64,000 bases of DNA from Terriglobia bacterium (GTDB lineage: Bacteria; Acidobacteriota; Polarisedimenticolia; Polarisedimenticolales; JAIQFR01), in contig CAVVHE010000004.1 of assembly GCA_963748015.1 (NCBI GenBank), positions 448,001-512,000 on the forward strand, read 5' to 3'. Of this stretch, positions 1 to 9,007 are shown piece after piece. Position 1 is the stretch's first letter; each line of letters opens with the position of its first letter. The position numbers and the translations under genes are program-made. The notes under the pieces are model-generated. The model worked only from the letters and a program-made list of their open reading frames with translations. It ran no database searches and was not told the DNA's origin.

Positions 1-504
1 GAGGACATCCCGGCGCTGGCCGACCACTTCCTGCAGAAGTACAAGCGGCAGATGGTCAAGGGGGTCGAGGGGATCTCGAAGGGCGCCATGGAATGTCTCG
101 AGTCGTACCAGTGGCCCGGGAACGTGCGCGAGCTGGAGAACGTGCTGGAGAGGGCGGTCGCCCTCGAGACCGGCGAGACGATCCATCCCGAGAGCCTCCC
201 GCGCGAGGTGAGGAACGGCAAGTTCCGCCGCGGCGAGGTGGACGTCGTCCTCCCGGAATCGGGGATCGACCTCGAGCGGCACCTCGAGGAGCTTCGCCGG
301 CGCTTCATGATCGAGGCGATGGATCGGAGCGGCAGCGTGCAGACGCGGGCCGCGGAGATCCTGGGAATGACGTTCCGCTCGTTCCGCTACTTCGCGAAGA
401 AGTACGGCCTCACGGTGAAGGACCCCGCACCCGGCACGGCCGGCGGTCTCGAGCACGACGAGGCCGAGGCCTGGGTGGCCCACGCCGGGGAGGCCGTCGA
501 GTGA
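1..504 (+). CDS. pilR: Sigma54-dependent activator, PilR-like (5'-truncated; AAA+ end and Fis-type HTH)
   Basis: Open from base 1. YQWPGNVRELENVLERA motif and HTH 'QTRAAEILGMTFRSFRY', typical of PilR. Lies directly upstream of a sigma54 promoter and a pilin. Confidence 0.8.
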   Translation, partial: EDIPALADHFLQKYKRQMVKGVEGISKGAMECLESYQWPGNVRELENVLERAVALETGETIHPESLPREVRNGKFRRGEVDVVLPESGIDLERHLEELRRRFMIEAMDRSGSVQTRAAEILGMTFRSFRYFAKKYGLTVKDPAPGTAGGLEHDEAEAWVAHAGEAVE

Positions 505-518
505 CATTCGACGTCACT
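500..518. promoter_or_regulatory. Candidate upstream activator (PilR) site
   Basis: AGTGAC-N7-GTCACT inverted repeat centred about 140 bp upstream of the -24 GG. Confidence 0.45.
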
Positions 519-646
519 TCCGCCCCCGCGGAGACGACGGCGGTGGGCAGCCCGGCCAACGGGCGGAGCCGCGCGCCTCGAGGACGGCTTGATGCAACGA
601 ACTGAAAACAAGCGAGATACGAGCCGCGATCCGTCGCGGCGAGGCA

Positions 647-662
647 TGGCAAATCGTTTGCA
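647..662 (+). promoter_or_regulatory. Sigma54 (-24/-12) promoter of the pilin
   Basis: TGGCAAATCGTTTGCA with exact GG-N10-GC spacing. SD AGGAGG at 684-689 precedes ATG 700. Confidence 0.85.
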
Positions 663-699
663 AAAGCAATCTGCGGACCTGAAAGGAGGCCTCCAAGCC

Positions 700-1152
700 A
701 TGAAGAACCGGAACAAGGGATTCACGCTGATCGAGCTGCTCATCGTCGTCGCGATCATCGGCATCATCGCCGCCATCGCCATCCCGAACCTGCTGAACGC
801 GATCGACCGCGGCAAGCAGAAGCGGAGCATGGCGGACCTCCGCTCCATCGGAACGGCGGTGGAGTCTTACGCCATCGACAACAACTACTACCCGGCCGCG
901 ACCGACGTCGCGACGCTCGGCGCCGTGGCGACGAACGTGGTGCCGATCTACATCAAGACGATGCCGATCCAGGACGGCTGGCGGCACGACTTCTACGTCA
1001 ACTCGACGACCACGGGCTACACGCTCGCCTCCAGCGGCAAGGACGGCGGCGGCATCACCGGCTGGGCCGGCGGCGCCACGACGGACTTCAACGCGGCGAT
1101 CGTCTTCACCGCGGGCCAGTTCTCGCAGTGGCCCGAGGGCGTGCAGCAGTAA
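700..1152 (+). CDS. pilA: Major type IV pilin / GspG-like prepilin
   Basis: MKNRNKG|FTLIELLIVVAIIGIIAAIAIP class III signal with E5, G14 and P22; strong SD; C-terminal DGW...SSGKDG. Confidence 0.88.
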   Translation: MKNRNKGFTLIELLIVVAIIGIIAAIAIPNLLNAIDRGKQKRSMADLRSIGTAVESYAIDNNYYPAATDVATLGAVATNVVPIYIKTMPIQDGWRHDFYVNSTTTGYTLASSGKDGGGITGWAGGATTDFNAAIVFTAGQFSQWPEGVQQ

Positions 1153-1164
1153 GGTCTGCCTCCT

Positions 1165-1194
1165 GGCGGCGGGGGTGCTCCTGCCCCCGCCGCC
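1165..1194 (+). terminator. GC-rich hairpin after pilin 1 (stabiliser or partial terminator)
   Basis: GGCGGCGGGGG / 8-nt loop / CCCCCGCCGCC, a perfect 11-bp stem with no U-tract. Confidence 0.55.
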
Positions 1195-1307
1195 TCCTCG
1201 TCTCCGACGGGCTCGCGGCGACCTCCCAAGCAGCCACAGCGCCGGCCCGCCGCAGGAGACGCCGGATGCGACGCGGCACCCGCGATCGACGCGGCCCGGG
1301 AGCACCG

Positions 1308-1757
1308 ATGATCCCCCAAGCGACAAGGCGAGAACGGGGTTTCACGCTGGTCGAACTGCTGGTCACGCTGGTGATCCTGGCCATCGTGCTCTCCATCGCG
1401 ATCGCGGCCCTCATGAACGCCTTGGACAAATCGAAGCAACGGGCTACCATGGCCGACATGAGGACCATCTCGAAGGCGCTGGAGGTCTACTCGGTGGACC
1501 ACGGCTACCTTCCGTCGGACGGCGGGGGAATGGGCGCCCTCCAGACCGTGCTGATTCCCTATCAGAGCAGCGTCGTCCCGGTGAAGGACGCCTGGGGGCA
1601 CCTGTACAGTTACTCCCGCGACAGCGTGGGGAACTACACCGTCGAGTCGTTCGGCAAGGACGGCGCGGACGGCGCGGCGATCACCGTGGCCACCCGGGAC
1701 GACTTCAACCGGGACATCGTCCTCGTGAATGGCCAGTTCGTGGCCGCTCCGCAGTAG
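1308..1757 (+). CDS. Second pilin / GspG-like prepilin paralog
   Basis: RRERG|FTLVELLVTLVIL signal. Collinear with pilin 1 (NALDKSKQRATMADMR, KDAWG, SFGKDG, GQF). Confidence 0.88.
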   Translation: MIPQATRRERGFTLVELLVTLVILAIVLSIAIAALMNALDKSKQRATMADMRTISKALEVYSVDHGYLPSDGGGMGALQTVLIPYQSSVVPVKDAWGHLYSYSRDSVGNYTVESFGKDGADGAAITVATRDDFNRDIVLVNGQFVAAPQ

Positions 1758-1762
1758 GCGCG

Positions 1763-1785
1763 CTCCGGCGAGTTTCTCGCCGGAG
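1763..1785 (+). promoter_or_regulatory. Hairpin overlapping the SD of the next gene
   Basis: CTCCGGCGAG-TTT-CTCGCCGGAG, a perfect 10-bp stem covering most of GGAGG 1782-1786. Confidence 0.55.
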
Positions 1786-1791
1786 GCGTTC

Positions 1792-3465
1792 GTGCGTCCG
1801 GCCCGCCTCCTTCTCCCGATCCTGATCGTCCTCCTGCCCCTTCTGCCTCCCGAGACACGCGGCGAGTCCATGGCGGGCGCGGCCGTCTTGATCGCGCTCC
1901 TCGCGCTGCTCGTCCGCAAGACCGCCCCCGACGCGTCGGGGGCGATCGTGCTCGGGATAGCGATTTCCGCCGCGGCGGTGGTCTTCCTCTACCCGGCATC
2001 GGCCGCGGTACCCCTGGCCGTGGCGATCCTGGCGGGTGCCGCCGGCCTCCACGTCGCGGCCCTGCCCCGTGCCGCGCGCTGGAGCCCCTCCGTGCCGGCG
2101 TCGCTTGCGCTCGCGGGAGCGCTGGTTTCCCTTCACGCGCTGGGCCAGAAGCTCTGGGGTCTCCGCTCGCTCGCCGAGCAGGTCTCCGCCATGCAGGGCA
2201 TTCCGGATCGCGAGGCGATCCTCGCGCGTCTCGGCGACGGCAGGGCCTTCGCCGCGTTCCCGACGCCGGCCGCGCTGGGGGGGTTCCTGGCGCTCGCCCT
2301 GCCGGTGACCGTGGCCTTCGCGCTCGAGGCGCGACGGAGGGCCAGGATCGCGCTACTCGGCGCGGCGGCGCTCGAGCTGGCGGGGCTCCTGTGCTCGGCG
2401 TCCGCGACCGCCGCCGCGGCGCTCCTGGGCGCCCTCGCGCTCGCGGCGCTGTCGCGCAACGTCTCCCGCCGCGCTCTCGTCGCGGGGGGCCTCTGCGTTC
2501 TCCTCGTCATCGTCGCGATCGCGGTCATGCGCGGGAGCGAGGTGCTCGATCCGGATCATCCAGGAAGCCCCTGGGGGTTGAGGGCCGGCAACTTCCGCGC
2601 GGCCTGGGCGATGGCGGTGGACCATTCCTGGACCGGAGTCGCCCCCGGGGGGTTCGGGGGAGCCCTTCCCGCCTACCTGCGCCCGGGCGACAACGAGACC
2701 CGCTACGCGCACGATCTTCCGCTCCAGCTCGCGGCGGAAACCGGGTTCCCCGCCGCGGCCGTGCTCTCGATGCTGTTCCTCTCGCTGTTCCTGCGGCCGG
2801 TCTTCTCGCGGCGCGGCGAGGGGGCCCCGCGCTGGCTCGCCGGCGCGCGCATCGGACTCGCGGCGTTCGCCCTGCACAACCTGGCGGACTTCACCGCGTT
2901 CCTTCCCTCGATGCTGTGGATCTCCGCGCTGCTGCGCGGGGCCGCCTCGGAGGCGGCGGACGAGAAGCCCGCGGGGGAGCCGTCCCCCGGCAACGCCCTG
3001 CGACGGGGACTCCTCGCCGGGACGCTGGCAGCCGCCGCGGTGGCGGCCCTCGCCGGATTCGGCTGGAATGCGCGCGTCGAGGCGAGGCTGAGCCTCGCGG
3101 AGGGCGACTTCGACCGGGCGATCGCGGGCGCGCGGCGCGCCGCCGCGCTCGAGCCGTGGGATTCCGAGGCCGAGATCGCCCTCGCGCAGTCCTTGCTCGC
3201 GCGGGGGAGCGCCGCGCGGCCGGAATCGGGCGACCTTCGGGAGGCCCTCGAGGCGGCGGGCCGCGCGGTGTCGCTCGATCCGCGCCGGCCGGGAGCGAGG
3301 GACGCGAGGGGGCGCGCCCGCGCGGCGCTCGGCGATCTCCCCGGGGCCTACGCGGACTATTCCGAGGCCGCGCGACTCTATCCGTTGCGGGCGGAGTACT
3401 CCCGTCGGCGCGACGAGATGGCGGCCGCTCTTCCCGGGCGCTCCGCGCGGAAAGGGACGCCTTGA
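1792..3465 (+). CDS. O-antigen ligase (Wzy_C)-family membrane protein with C-terminal TPRs
   Basis: Many TM segments; R...W.....DHSWTGVAPGGF and YAHDLPLQLAAETG ligase motifs; TPR-like tail. GTG start after GGAGG. Confidence 0.75.
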   Translation: MRPARLLLPILIVLLPLLPPETRGESMAGAAVLIALLALLVRKTAPDASGAIVLGIAISAAAVVFLYPASAAVPLAVAILAGAAGLHVAALPRAARWSPSVPASLALAGALVSLHALGQKLWGLRSLAEQVSAMQGIPDREAILARLGDGRAFAAFPTPAALGGFLALALPVTVAFALEARRRARIALLGAAALELAGLLCSASATAAAALLGALALAALSRNVSRRALVAGGLCVLLVIVAIAVMRGSEVLDPDHPGSPWGLRAGNFRAAWAMAVDHSWTGVAPGGFGGALPAYLRPGDNETRYAHDLPLQLAAETGFPAAAVLSMLFLSLFLRPVFSRRGEGAPRWLAGARIGLAAFALHNLADFTAFLPSMLWISALLRGAASEAADEKPAGEPSPGNALRRGLLAGTLAAAAVAALAGFGWNARVEARLSLAEGDFDRAIAGARRAAALEPWDSEAEIALAQSLLARGSAARPESGDLREALEAAGRAVSLDPRRPGARDARGRARAALGDLPGAYADYSEAARLYPLRAEYSRRRDEMAAALPGRSARKGTP

Positions 3466-5366
3466 AGCGCGCGCTCCTTCCGGCCGGGATCGCGGCCCTG
3501 CTGCTGCTGGCGGCGCTGGGCGAGGGGGGCGCGTCCCCCGGCGGCCTGCTCGCGGTTCACGGCGGCGTCGTGGTCCTGGCGATGCTCGCGGTCCTGCTGC
3601 CTGCCGCTTCCCTGGAGCCGCGCCGCCCTTCGTCGCCCGCGTGGGCCGCGTTCGCCGCATTCGCGCTGCTGGCGGCGGCCGGATCCTGCCTCGCGCCGTA
3701 CCGGTTCGCCGCCTTCCTGGTGATGCAGGAGATCGCGGCGTTCGCCGCGGTGTCGTTCCTTGCCGCGCGATGCGGTCCGGCGCTGGCGAGCCGTCTGGGG
3801 ATGCCGCTTCTCGCCGGGGCGGCCGTCGAGGGGGTCGTCGCGCTCGTCCAGAGGATGGGCGGGGACCTGCGGCCGGCGGGGACGTTCCTGAACCCGAACC
3901 ACCTCGCCGCCTGGCTCGTGGCCGCGCTCCTGATCGGGGCCGGGACCGCGGGGACGGGCAGCGGGCGCCGGGCGGCCTGGTTGCGCGCGGCTCTCGCGGT
4001 GCCGGCCGTGCTCGCCCTGTTCGTCGTCGGGTCGAGGGGCGCTCTCGTCGCGCTGGCCGCGGGCGCGGCGACGCTTCTCGCGGGCTCGTGGAGGCGTCTC
4101 GCCCCCCGTCTCAGGGCCGGCCTCGCCGTGTCGGCCGCGGTGCTCGTGATCGCGGCTGGGGCAGGGGTCGCCGCGCGGTTCGAGAGGGGAGACGCCTTCC
4201 GCTACCAGCGGATCAGGATCTGGAAGGCCTGCGCCGGGGCGGTCGCCATGTCGCCCTGGACCGGCACCGGTCCCGGCCAGTTCGCGACCGCGGCGGCGAA
4301 TCTGAACTTCCCGATCTCCGAGGGACCGCTCCGCTTCTCCCGCTCGTTCCGATCCACCCATTCGGACCTGCTCCGCCTGCCCGCGGAGTTCGGCGTCCCC
4401 GCGGCCCTCGCGGCTCTCGCGGCGCTCGCCCTCGCCGCGCGCGAGATCGCGAGGCGGGCGAGAGTCGGGGCGCTTCCCGCCGGTGCTTCGGGGCCGATCG
4501 CGGCGCTCGTCGCGCTCGCGGTGCAGGCGGTCGTGGACAATCCCGGCGAGCGCCCCGCGCTCCACCTGCTCGCGGCCGCGCTCGTCGGCAGCTTGCTGTC
4601 GACGGAAGCGCAGGCGTCGCCGGCGAGGCCGAGAGCCGCGCTGCGCGCGACGCTCGTCGCAGCGCTCGCGGTGGTCTTCCTGGTCGGCGACGTCGCCCCG
4701 TACCTGGCGTGGCGCTCGGCGCGGGGGCTTCCGCGGGGCCGCCTCGACGCGGCGGGCAAGGATCGCCTCCGCGCGGCGCTCCGGTGGAACCCGTACCAGC
4801 CCGATCTCTGGCTGCGGCGGGCCGAGGATCTCGCGTCGGGCGACGATTTTCGCCCCGAGATCTACGCCGCGGCGCGCGAGGCCGCCGAGACGGCGGCCCG
4901 GCTCCAGCCGGCGGACGCGCGCTACCGGACCGGGATCGCCCGTGTCGAGTCCGTGGCGTGCAGGGCGCTGTTCCGCGACGAGGCGACGCGCGCCCGGGCC
5001 GCCGCGCGCTACGACGAGGCGATCGAGCGGTCGAGGCACGATCCGTTCGCGCCGATCGAGAAGGGGGGATTCCTGCTCGATACGGGCGATCCCGCCGGCG
5101 CCCGCCGCGCGGCGGAGCAAGCGCTCCGGATCGAGCCGGAGGCCGTGCCGGCGCGCCTGCTGCTCGCCGAGGCCATTCTCGCCGAAGGGACGCCGGGAGC
5201 GGCCGAGCGGGCCGCGAGCCTCATCGCCGAGGCGGAGGAGGGCGCGCGCCGCTGGGCCGCGTGGCCCAGGGAGTCGCCCTACGAGGCCCACCTGCTCTCG
5301 CTCGACGCCGCCCGGGTCCGCGCCATCAGGAGCCGCCTGCCGGACGCCAACGCCGGGCTTCGGTAG
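3462..5366 (+). CDS. Second O-antigen ligase-family protein with TPRs
   Basis: RPAGTFLNPNHLAAWL, GSRGA, RIRIW...PWTGTGPGQF and THSDLLRLPAEFG motifs. TTG start overlaps the upstream TGA. Confidence 0.8.
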   Translation: MKRALLPAGIAALLLLAALGEGGASPGGLLAVHGGVVVLAMLAVLLPAASLEPRRPSSPAWAAFAAFALLAAAGSCLAPYRFAAFLVMQEIAAFAAVSFLAARCGPALASRLGMPLLAGAAVEGVVALVQRMGGDLRPAGTFLNPNHLAAWLVAALLIGAGTAGTGSGRRAAWLRAALAVPAVLALFVVGSRGALVALAAGAATLLAGSWRRLAPRLRAGLAVSAAVLVIAAGAGVAARFERGDAFRYQRIRIWKACAGAVAMSPWTGTGPGQFATAAANLNFPISEGPLRFSRSFRSTHSDLLRLPAEFGVPAALAALAALALAAREIARRARVGALPAGASGPIAALVALAVQAVVDNPGERPALHLLAAALVGSLLSTEAQASPARPRAALRATLVAALAVVFLVGDVAPYLAWRSARGLPRGRLDAAGKDRLRAALRWNPYQPDLWLRRAEDLASGDDFRPEIYAAAREAAETAARLQPADARYRTGIARVESVACRALFRDEATRARAAARYDEAIERSRHDPFAPIEKGGFLLDTGDPAGARRAAEQALRIEPEAVPARLLLAEAILAEGTPGAAERAASLIAEAEEGARRWAAWPRESPYEAHLLSLDAARVRAIRSRLPDANAGLR

Positions 5367-5463
5367 CCGCGCTCCCGACGCGGTCGGGAATCGCAACCGA
5401 GACGCTATGATGGGGCGCCGCGTCCGCCGGCGACGGACGCGCGGTCGGCGAGAGGGGAGGAAG

Positions 5464-6576
5464 GTGCGGCGTCTTCGAATCCTGTACGCGGCCGGGGTCA
5501 CCCCGAACGCGCCGGGGCTGCCCGCGTCTCGGCTGTGGGAGGTCAACCTCAGGGACTCGCTCGTGGCGATGGGACACGAGCTGATCCCGGTCGACGCCGA
5601 CATCGACGCCTGCTTCGCGGCGGCGGAGGACCCCGCGGCCCTGGCGCGGCTGCGGCCGGTGGTGACGCGGGCGGTGCTCGACACGCTCGAGCGGGCGAGG
5701 GCGGGCGGGCCGGTCGACCTCTTCTTCTCGTATTTCTACACCGGCTTCGTCGAGCCGAGGGCGATCGAGGCGATCCGCCGCGGCGGCGTCCTGACGGTCA
5801 ATTTCTCCTGCAACAACATCCACCAGTTCGATCTCGTGCGGGAGATCGCCCCGCTCTACGACGCGGCCATGGTCCCGGAGCGCGAGGCCCTGGACCACTT
5901 CCGGCGCGCGGGGGCTCGCCCGATCCACGTTCCGATGGGGGCCAACCCGGACATCTACCGGCCGTACGACGTTCCGAGGGACGTGGACGTGTCGTTCGTG
6001 GGCCAGAGGTACGCCGATCGCGCGGACTTCGTGCACCACCTCGCCGCGAACGGCCTGGACGTCCGGGCGTGGGGGCCCGGCTGGGCCCCCGCGACGGGGA
6101 GCGCGAGATTGCGCCGGGCGGTCCGCCGAACGCTCGACCGCTGCCGGGTCTCCTGGGGGCCCGAGGCCGAGCGCCTGCTGCGGCGCGTTTCGGGGCCGCC
6201 CCTTCCCGACGAGGATCTCGTGCGCCTCTACAGCCGCTCCGGCATCAGCCTGGGCTTCGGCGTGGTCGGCGATACGCACCTCGGCGCTCCTCGATACCAG
6301 GTGCGCCTCCGCGACTTCGAGGCGCCCATGAGCGGGGCGTGCTATCTGGCCCAGCACTTCGACGAGCTGGCGGAGTACTACCGCATCGGCGAGGAGATCG
6401 ACACCTTTCGCGACCGCGACGAGCTCCTCGAAAAGGCGCGATTCTATCTTGGCCACCCCGAGCGCGCGGAAGCCGTCCGGCGCGCGGGGCGCGAGCGGGC
6501 ACTCCGGGATCACACGTGGACGGCGCGCTTCGGCATGCTCTTCCGCGAGATGGGGCTGGCGGCCGGAGCGCCCTGA
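5464..6576 (+). CDS. CgeB-like glycosyltransferase (Glyco_trans_1_2)
   Basis: DVSFVGQRYADR and RLRDFEAPMSGA...HTWTARF motifs. SD GGGAGG; TATGAT at 5406-5411. Confidence 0.8.
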   Translation: MRRLRILYAAGVTPNAPGLPASRLWEVNLRDSLVAMGHELIPVDADIDACFAAAEDPAALARLRPVVTRAVLDTLERARAGGPVDLFFSYFYTGFVEPRAIEAIRRGGVLTVNFSCNNIHQFDLVREIAPLYDAAMVPEREALDHFRRAGARPIHVPMGANPDIYRPYDVPRDVDVSFVGQRYADRADFVHHLAANGLDVRAWGPGWAPATGSARLRRAVRRTLDRCRVSWGPEAERLLRRVSGPPLPDEDLVRLYSRSGISLGFGVVGDTHLGAPRYQVRLRDFEAPMSGACYLAQHFDELAEYYRIGEEIDTFRDRDELLEKARFYLGHPERAEAVRRAGRERALRDHTWTARFGMLFREMGLAAGAP

Positions 6577-6605
6577 TCCGGCGGGTCAGCCGGGGAGGGC
6601 AACGC

Positions 6606-7547
6606 TCACGACGGCCCCGTTCCACCCCGGCGTGCGGCGCGGATCGCGTCGATTGCGGTGCGGGGAAGGAGCGTCGCCGCGAGGTAGAGGAGCGCTCGCG
6701 ACCGCGGGCGCCCGGCCGAGGCCGCGCGGAGCAGCTTGCGGCGCGCCTCGGACCGGCGGTGACCGACGAGGTCGCGGTAACCCGCCTCGAGCCACAGCCG
6801 GGCGATGCGCTCGCGCGCGAGCGCCTCCAACTCCTCCGGCAGGCGCGTGCGACGTCCGGCGATCGCCTCGCGTAGGACCCCGACCTCGGCCTCGAGCATC
6901 CGATCGGCGTCGCCCGACAGGGCGCCCGGGTCCACGCGGTAGCGGGCGAGGACCTCGTCCACGAAGACGAACCGCCCCTCTCGCGCGACGCGCAGCCAGA
7001 GATCGTAGTCCTCGCAGCGCCTCAGCTCCTCGGCGAACTCCCCCGCCCGCAGGACCGCCTCCCGCCGCGCGAGCACCGTGGAGGTGAGCACGAAGTTCCC
7101 GCGGAGGAGGCGCGCGAGGGGATCGTCCGCGGGATCGTGGTCGATCCCCAGGAGCATGCGGCGCCGCAGGGTCCGGGTCCCGTCCCAGGATTCGGCGTTG
7201 CCGGAGACCAGCACGACGTCGCGCGCGCGCTCTGCCGCGCGCAGCCTCGCGTCGAGCGCCCCCTCGAGCCACAGGTCGTCCGAGTCCAGGAAGGCGAGCC
7301 AGTCTCCCGTCGCGGCCCGGATCCCTGCGTTGCGCGCGGCGGAGGGGCCCCGGGCCCCTTCGAGGCGGATGACCCGGGGCGATCCGGGGGCCCCGGCGGC
7401 GGCGTCCCCGCTGCCGTCCGTGGATCCGTCGTCCACGACCAGGATCTCGTGCGGGGCGGGCTCCTGCGCCGCCGCGGAAGCGACCGCGGCCGCCACCAGG
7501 CCGGCGCGATCGTGGACCGGGATGACGACGGTGACGCGCGCGTTCAT
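6606..7547 (-). CDS. GT2 glycosyltransferase
   Basis: VTVVIPVHDR, VVDDGSTD, ARNAGI, FLDSDD and EDYDLWLR motifs. Confidence 0.9.
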   Translation of the reverse strand: MNARVTVVIPVHDRAGLVAAAVASAAAQEPAPHEILVVDDGSTDGSGDAAAGAPGSPRVIRLEGARGPSAARNAGIRAATGDWLAFLDSDDLWLEGALDARLRAAERARDVVLVSGNAESWDGTRTLRRRMLLGIDHDPADDPLARLLRGNFVLTSTVLARREAVLRAGEFAEELRRCEDYDLWLRVAREGRFVFVDEVLARYRVDPGALSGDADRMLEAEVGVLREAIAGRRTRLPEELEALARERIARLWLEAGYRDLVGHRRSEARRKLLRAASAGRPRSRALLYLAATLLPRTAIDAIRAARRGGTGPS

Positions 7548-9007
7548 GCGGCGTCCCCGCTGCCGAACCGGTTCCGGAGGTAGCGCCTCGCCGCCTCGAC
7601 GTCGCCCGGGCGTACCGCGATCGCGAGCCACCCCGCGATCACGGCCGCGCCGGCGGCCCATCCCGAGAGACCCCACCCGGACAGCCGGGCGAGCGTCGCG
7701 ATCACGGGGCCCGCCAGTCCGAGCACCAGGGTGTTGCGCCTGCCGAGCCGGAAGTCCGTCGCCCGCCTCATGAGGACGCAGGCCGTCGCGAGGAACAGCC
7801 AGCCGGAGACGCACCAGGCCACGCTCGGGGCGGCGGGGCCGAGGAAGGGAGAGAGCGCGGCGTAGGAGACGCCGAACGCCGCCGCGCTACCGAGTCCGAG
7901 CAGCGCCCAGGCCCGCACGCCGGCTCTCGGAAGGACGCCGAGGGCCACGGCCAGCCCGGCCCCGCGTGCGAAGTGACCGGCCGCCTGCCACGGCAGGTAG
8001 GAGAGGGATACGGCGAACTGCCTCGAGAGGAGTCCGCGGACCATGAAGTGCCGTCCGAGAACCAGTCCGCCCGCGGCGGCGCCGAGGAGGAGCAGGGTGA
8101 CCCTGAACGCTTCCTGGGTTTCCCGGTTCACCTCCTCGTTGCTCCGGGCCTCGCTCACCCGAGGGAACGAGTAGGCGCCGTGGAACGCGACCGCCACCGC
8201 GACGATCTGCTGGGAGATGCCGAACGTGCCCTGGAAGAAGCCGTTGGCCTCGAGTCCGAAGCGCCGGATCAGGTCGGTGCGTACCGCGAGGAGCACGAGC
8301 TGGTCCGCGAGGCCCATCGCGAGGCTCACGAACCCGATCTTCGCGAACGACGCGAGGACCGGCGCCGAGAATGGGGGACGCGAGGGCGGGAAGAGCACGT
8401 CGCGCTGCCTCGCGACGAGAATGCCGAGCGAGGCCGCCGCGGCGCCCCCCGCGATCAGGGGAAGGCACGCGATCGCGCCCGGGAGCCCGAATCGCGGGAC
8501 CAGCGCGGCGACGACGGTCACCGAGACGAGCGACCCCGCGATCGCGCCGAGGGACGTGGTCCGGACGTCGCGCAACCCGTTCGCGATGTCCGTTCCGATC
8601 TGGCCGGCCGCGGCGAAGAGCACGGCGACGGCCGCGAGCGCGACCGCGATCCCCAGACGGGGGTCGCCGACGATCCGCCCGGCGACGAGGGGGGCGGCCA
8701 GGGCGAGCGCCACCGAGGCGAGGGCGGCGGTGGCGACGACCGTCAAGAAGCTCGTCCACGCGGCCAGCCGTACCGCCGCCGCGTCGTTCCTCCCCCGCGC
8801 CGCCGCGATGGACTTCGTGACCGCGATGCCGAGCCCGAGGCTCGACCCGACGGAGAGAGTCTGCAGGACGTTGGCGAGCTGCGAGACGACCCCGAGCCCG
8901 GCCGGACCGAGGAAGAGCGCGAAAAGCTTCACGCGGACGAGGCCCGCGACGATGCCGGCCGCGGTGCCCGTACTCGACGCGGCCGCCGCGCGAAGGGTCC
9001 GCTTCAA
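7544..9007 (-). CDS. wzx: Wzx-type oligosaccharide flippase
   Basis: Polytopic hydrophobic protein with RVKLFALFLGPAGLG and FGLEANGFFQ (MOP/PST flippase pattern); 4-nt overlaps at both ends. Confidence 0.75.
   Translation of the reverse strand: MKRTLRAAAASSTGTAAGIVAGLVRVKLFALFLGPAGLGVVSQLANVLQTLSVGSSLGLGIAVTKSIAAARGRNDAAAVRLAAWTSFLTVVATAALASVALALAAPLVAGRIVGDPRLGIAVALAAVAVLFAAAGQIGTDIANGLRDVRTTSLGAIAGSLVSVTVVAALVPRFGLPGAIACLPLIAGGAAAASLGILVARQRDVLFPPSRPPFSAPVLASFAKIGFVSLAMGLADQLVLLAVRTDLIRRFGLEANGFFQGTFGISQQIVAVAVAFHGAYSFPRVSEARSNEEVNRETQEAFRVTLLLLGAAAGGLVLGRHFMVRGLLSRQFAVSLSYLPWQAAGHFARGAGLAVALGVLPRAGVRAWALLGLGSAAAFGVSYAALSPFLGPAAPSVAWCVSGWLFLATACVLMRRATDFRLGRRNTLVLGLAGPVIATLARLSGWGLSGWAAGAAVIAGWLAIAVRPGDVEAARRYLRNRFGSGDAA

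Noticed and set aside
700..1152. Electrically conductive (Geobacter-type) e-pilin
   Set aside because: The N-terminus resembles Geobacter PilA and 14 of 143 mature residues are F/Y/W. However, there is no aromatic residue between F1 and Y50 (positions 24, 27 and 32 are L, A and K).
997..1641. N-X-T sequons in both pilins (NST, NYT) as N-glycosylation sites
   Set aside because: They lack the -2 acidic residue, and no PglB/STT3 gene is in the window. The ligases present are of the O-linking family.
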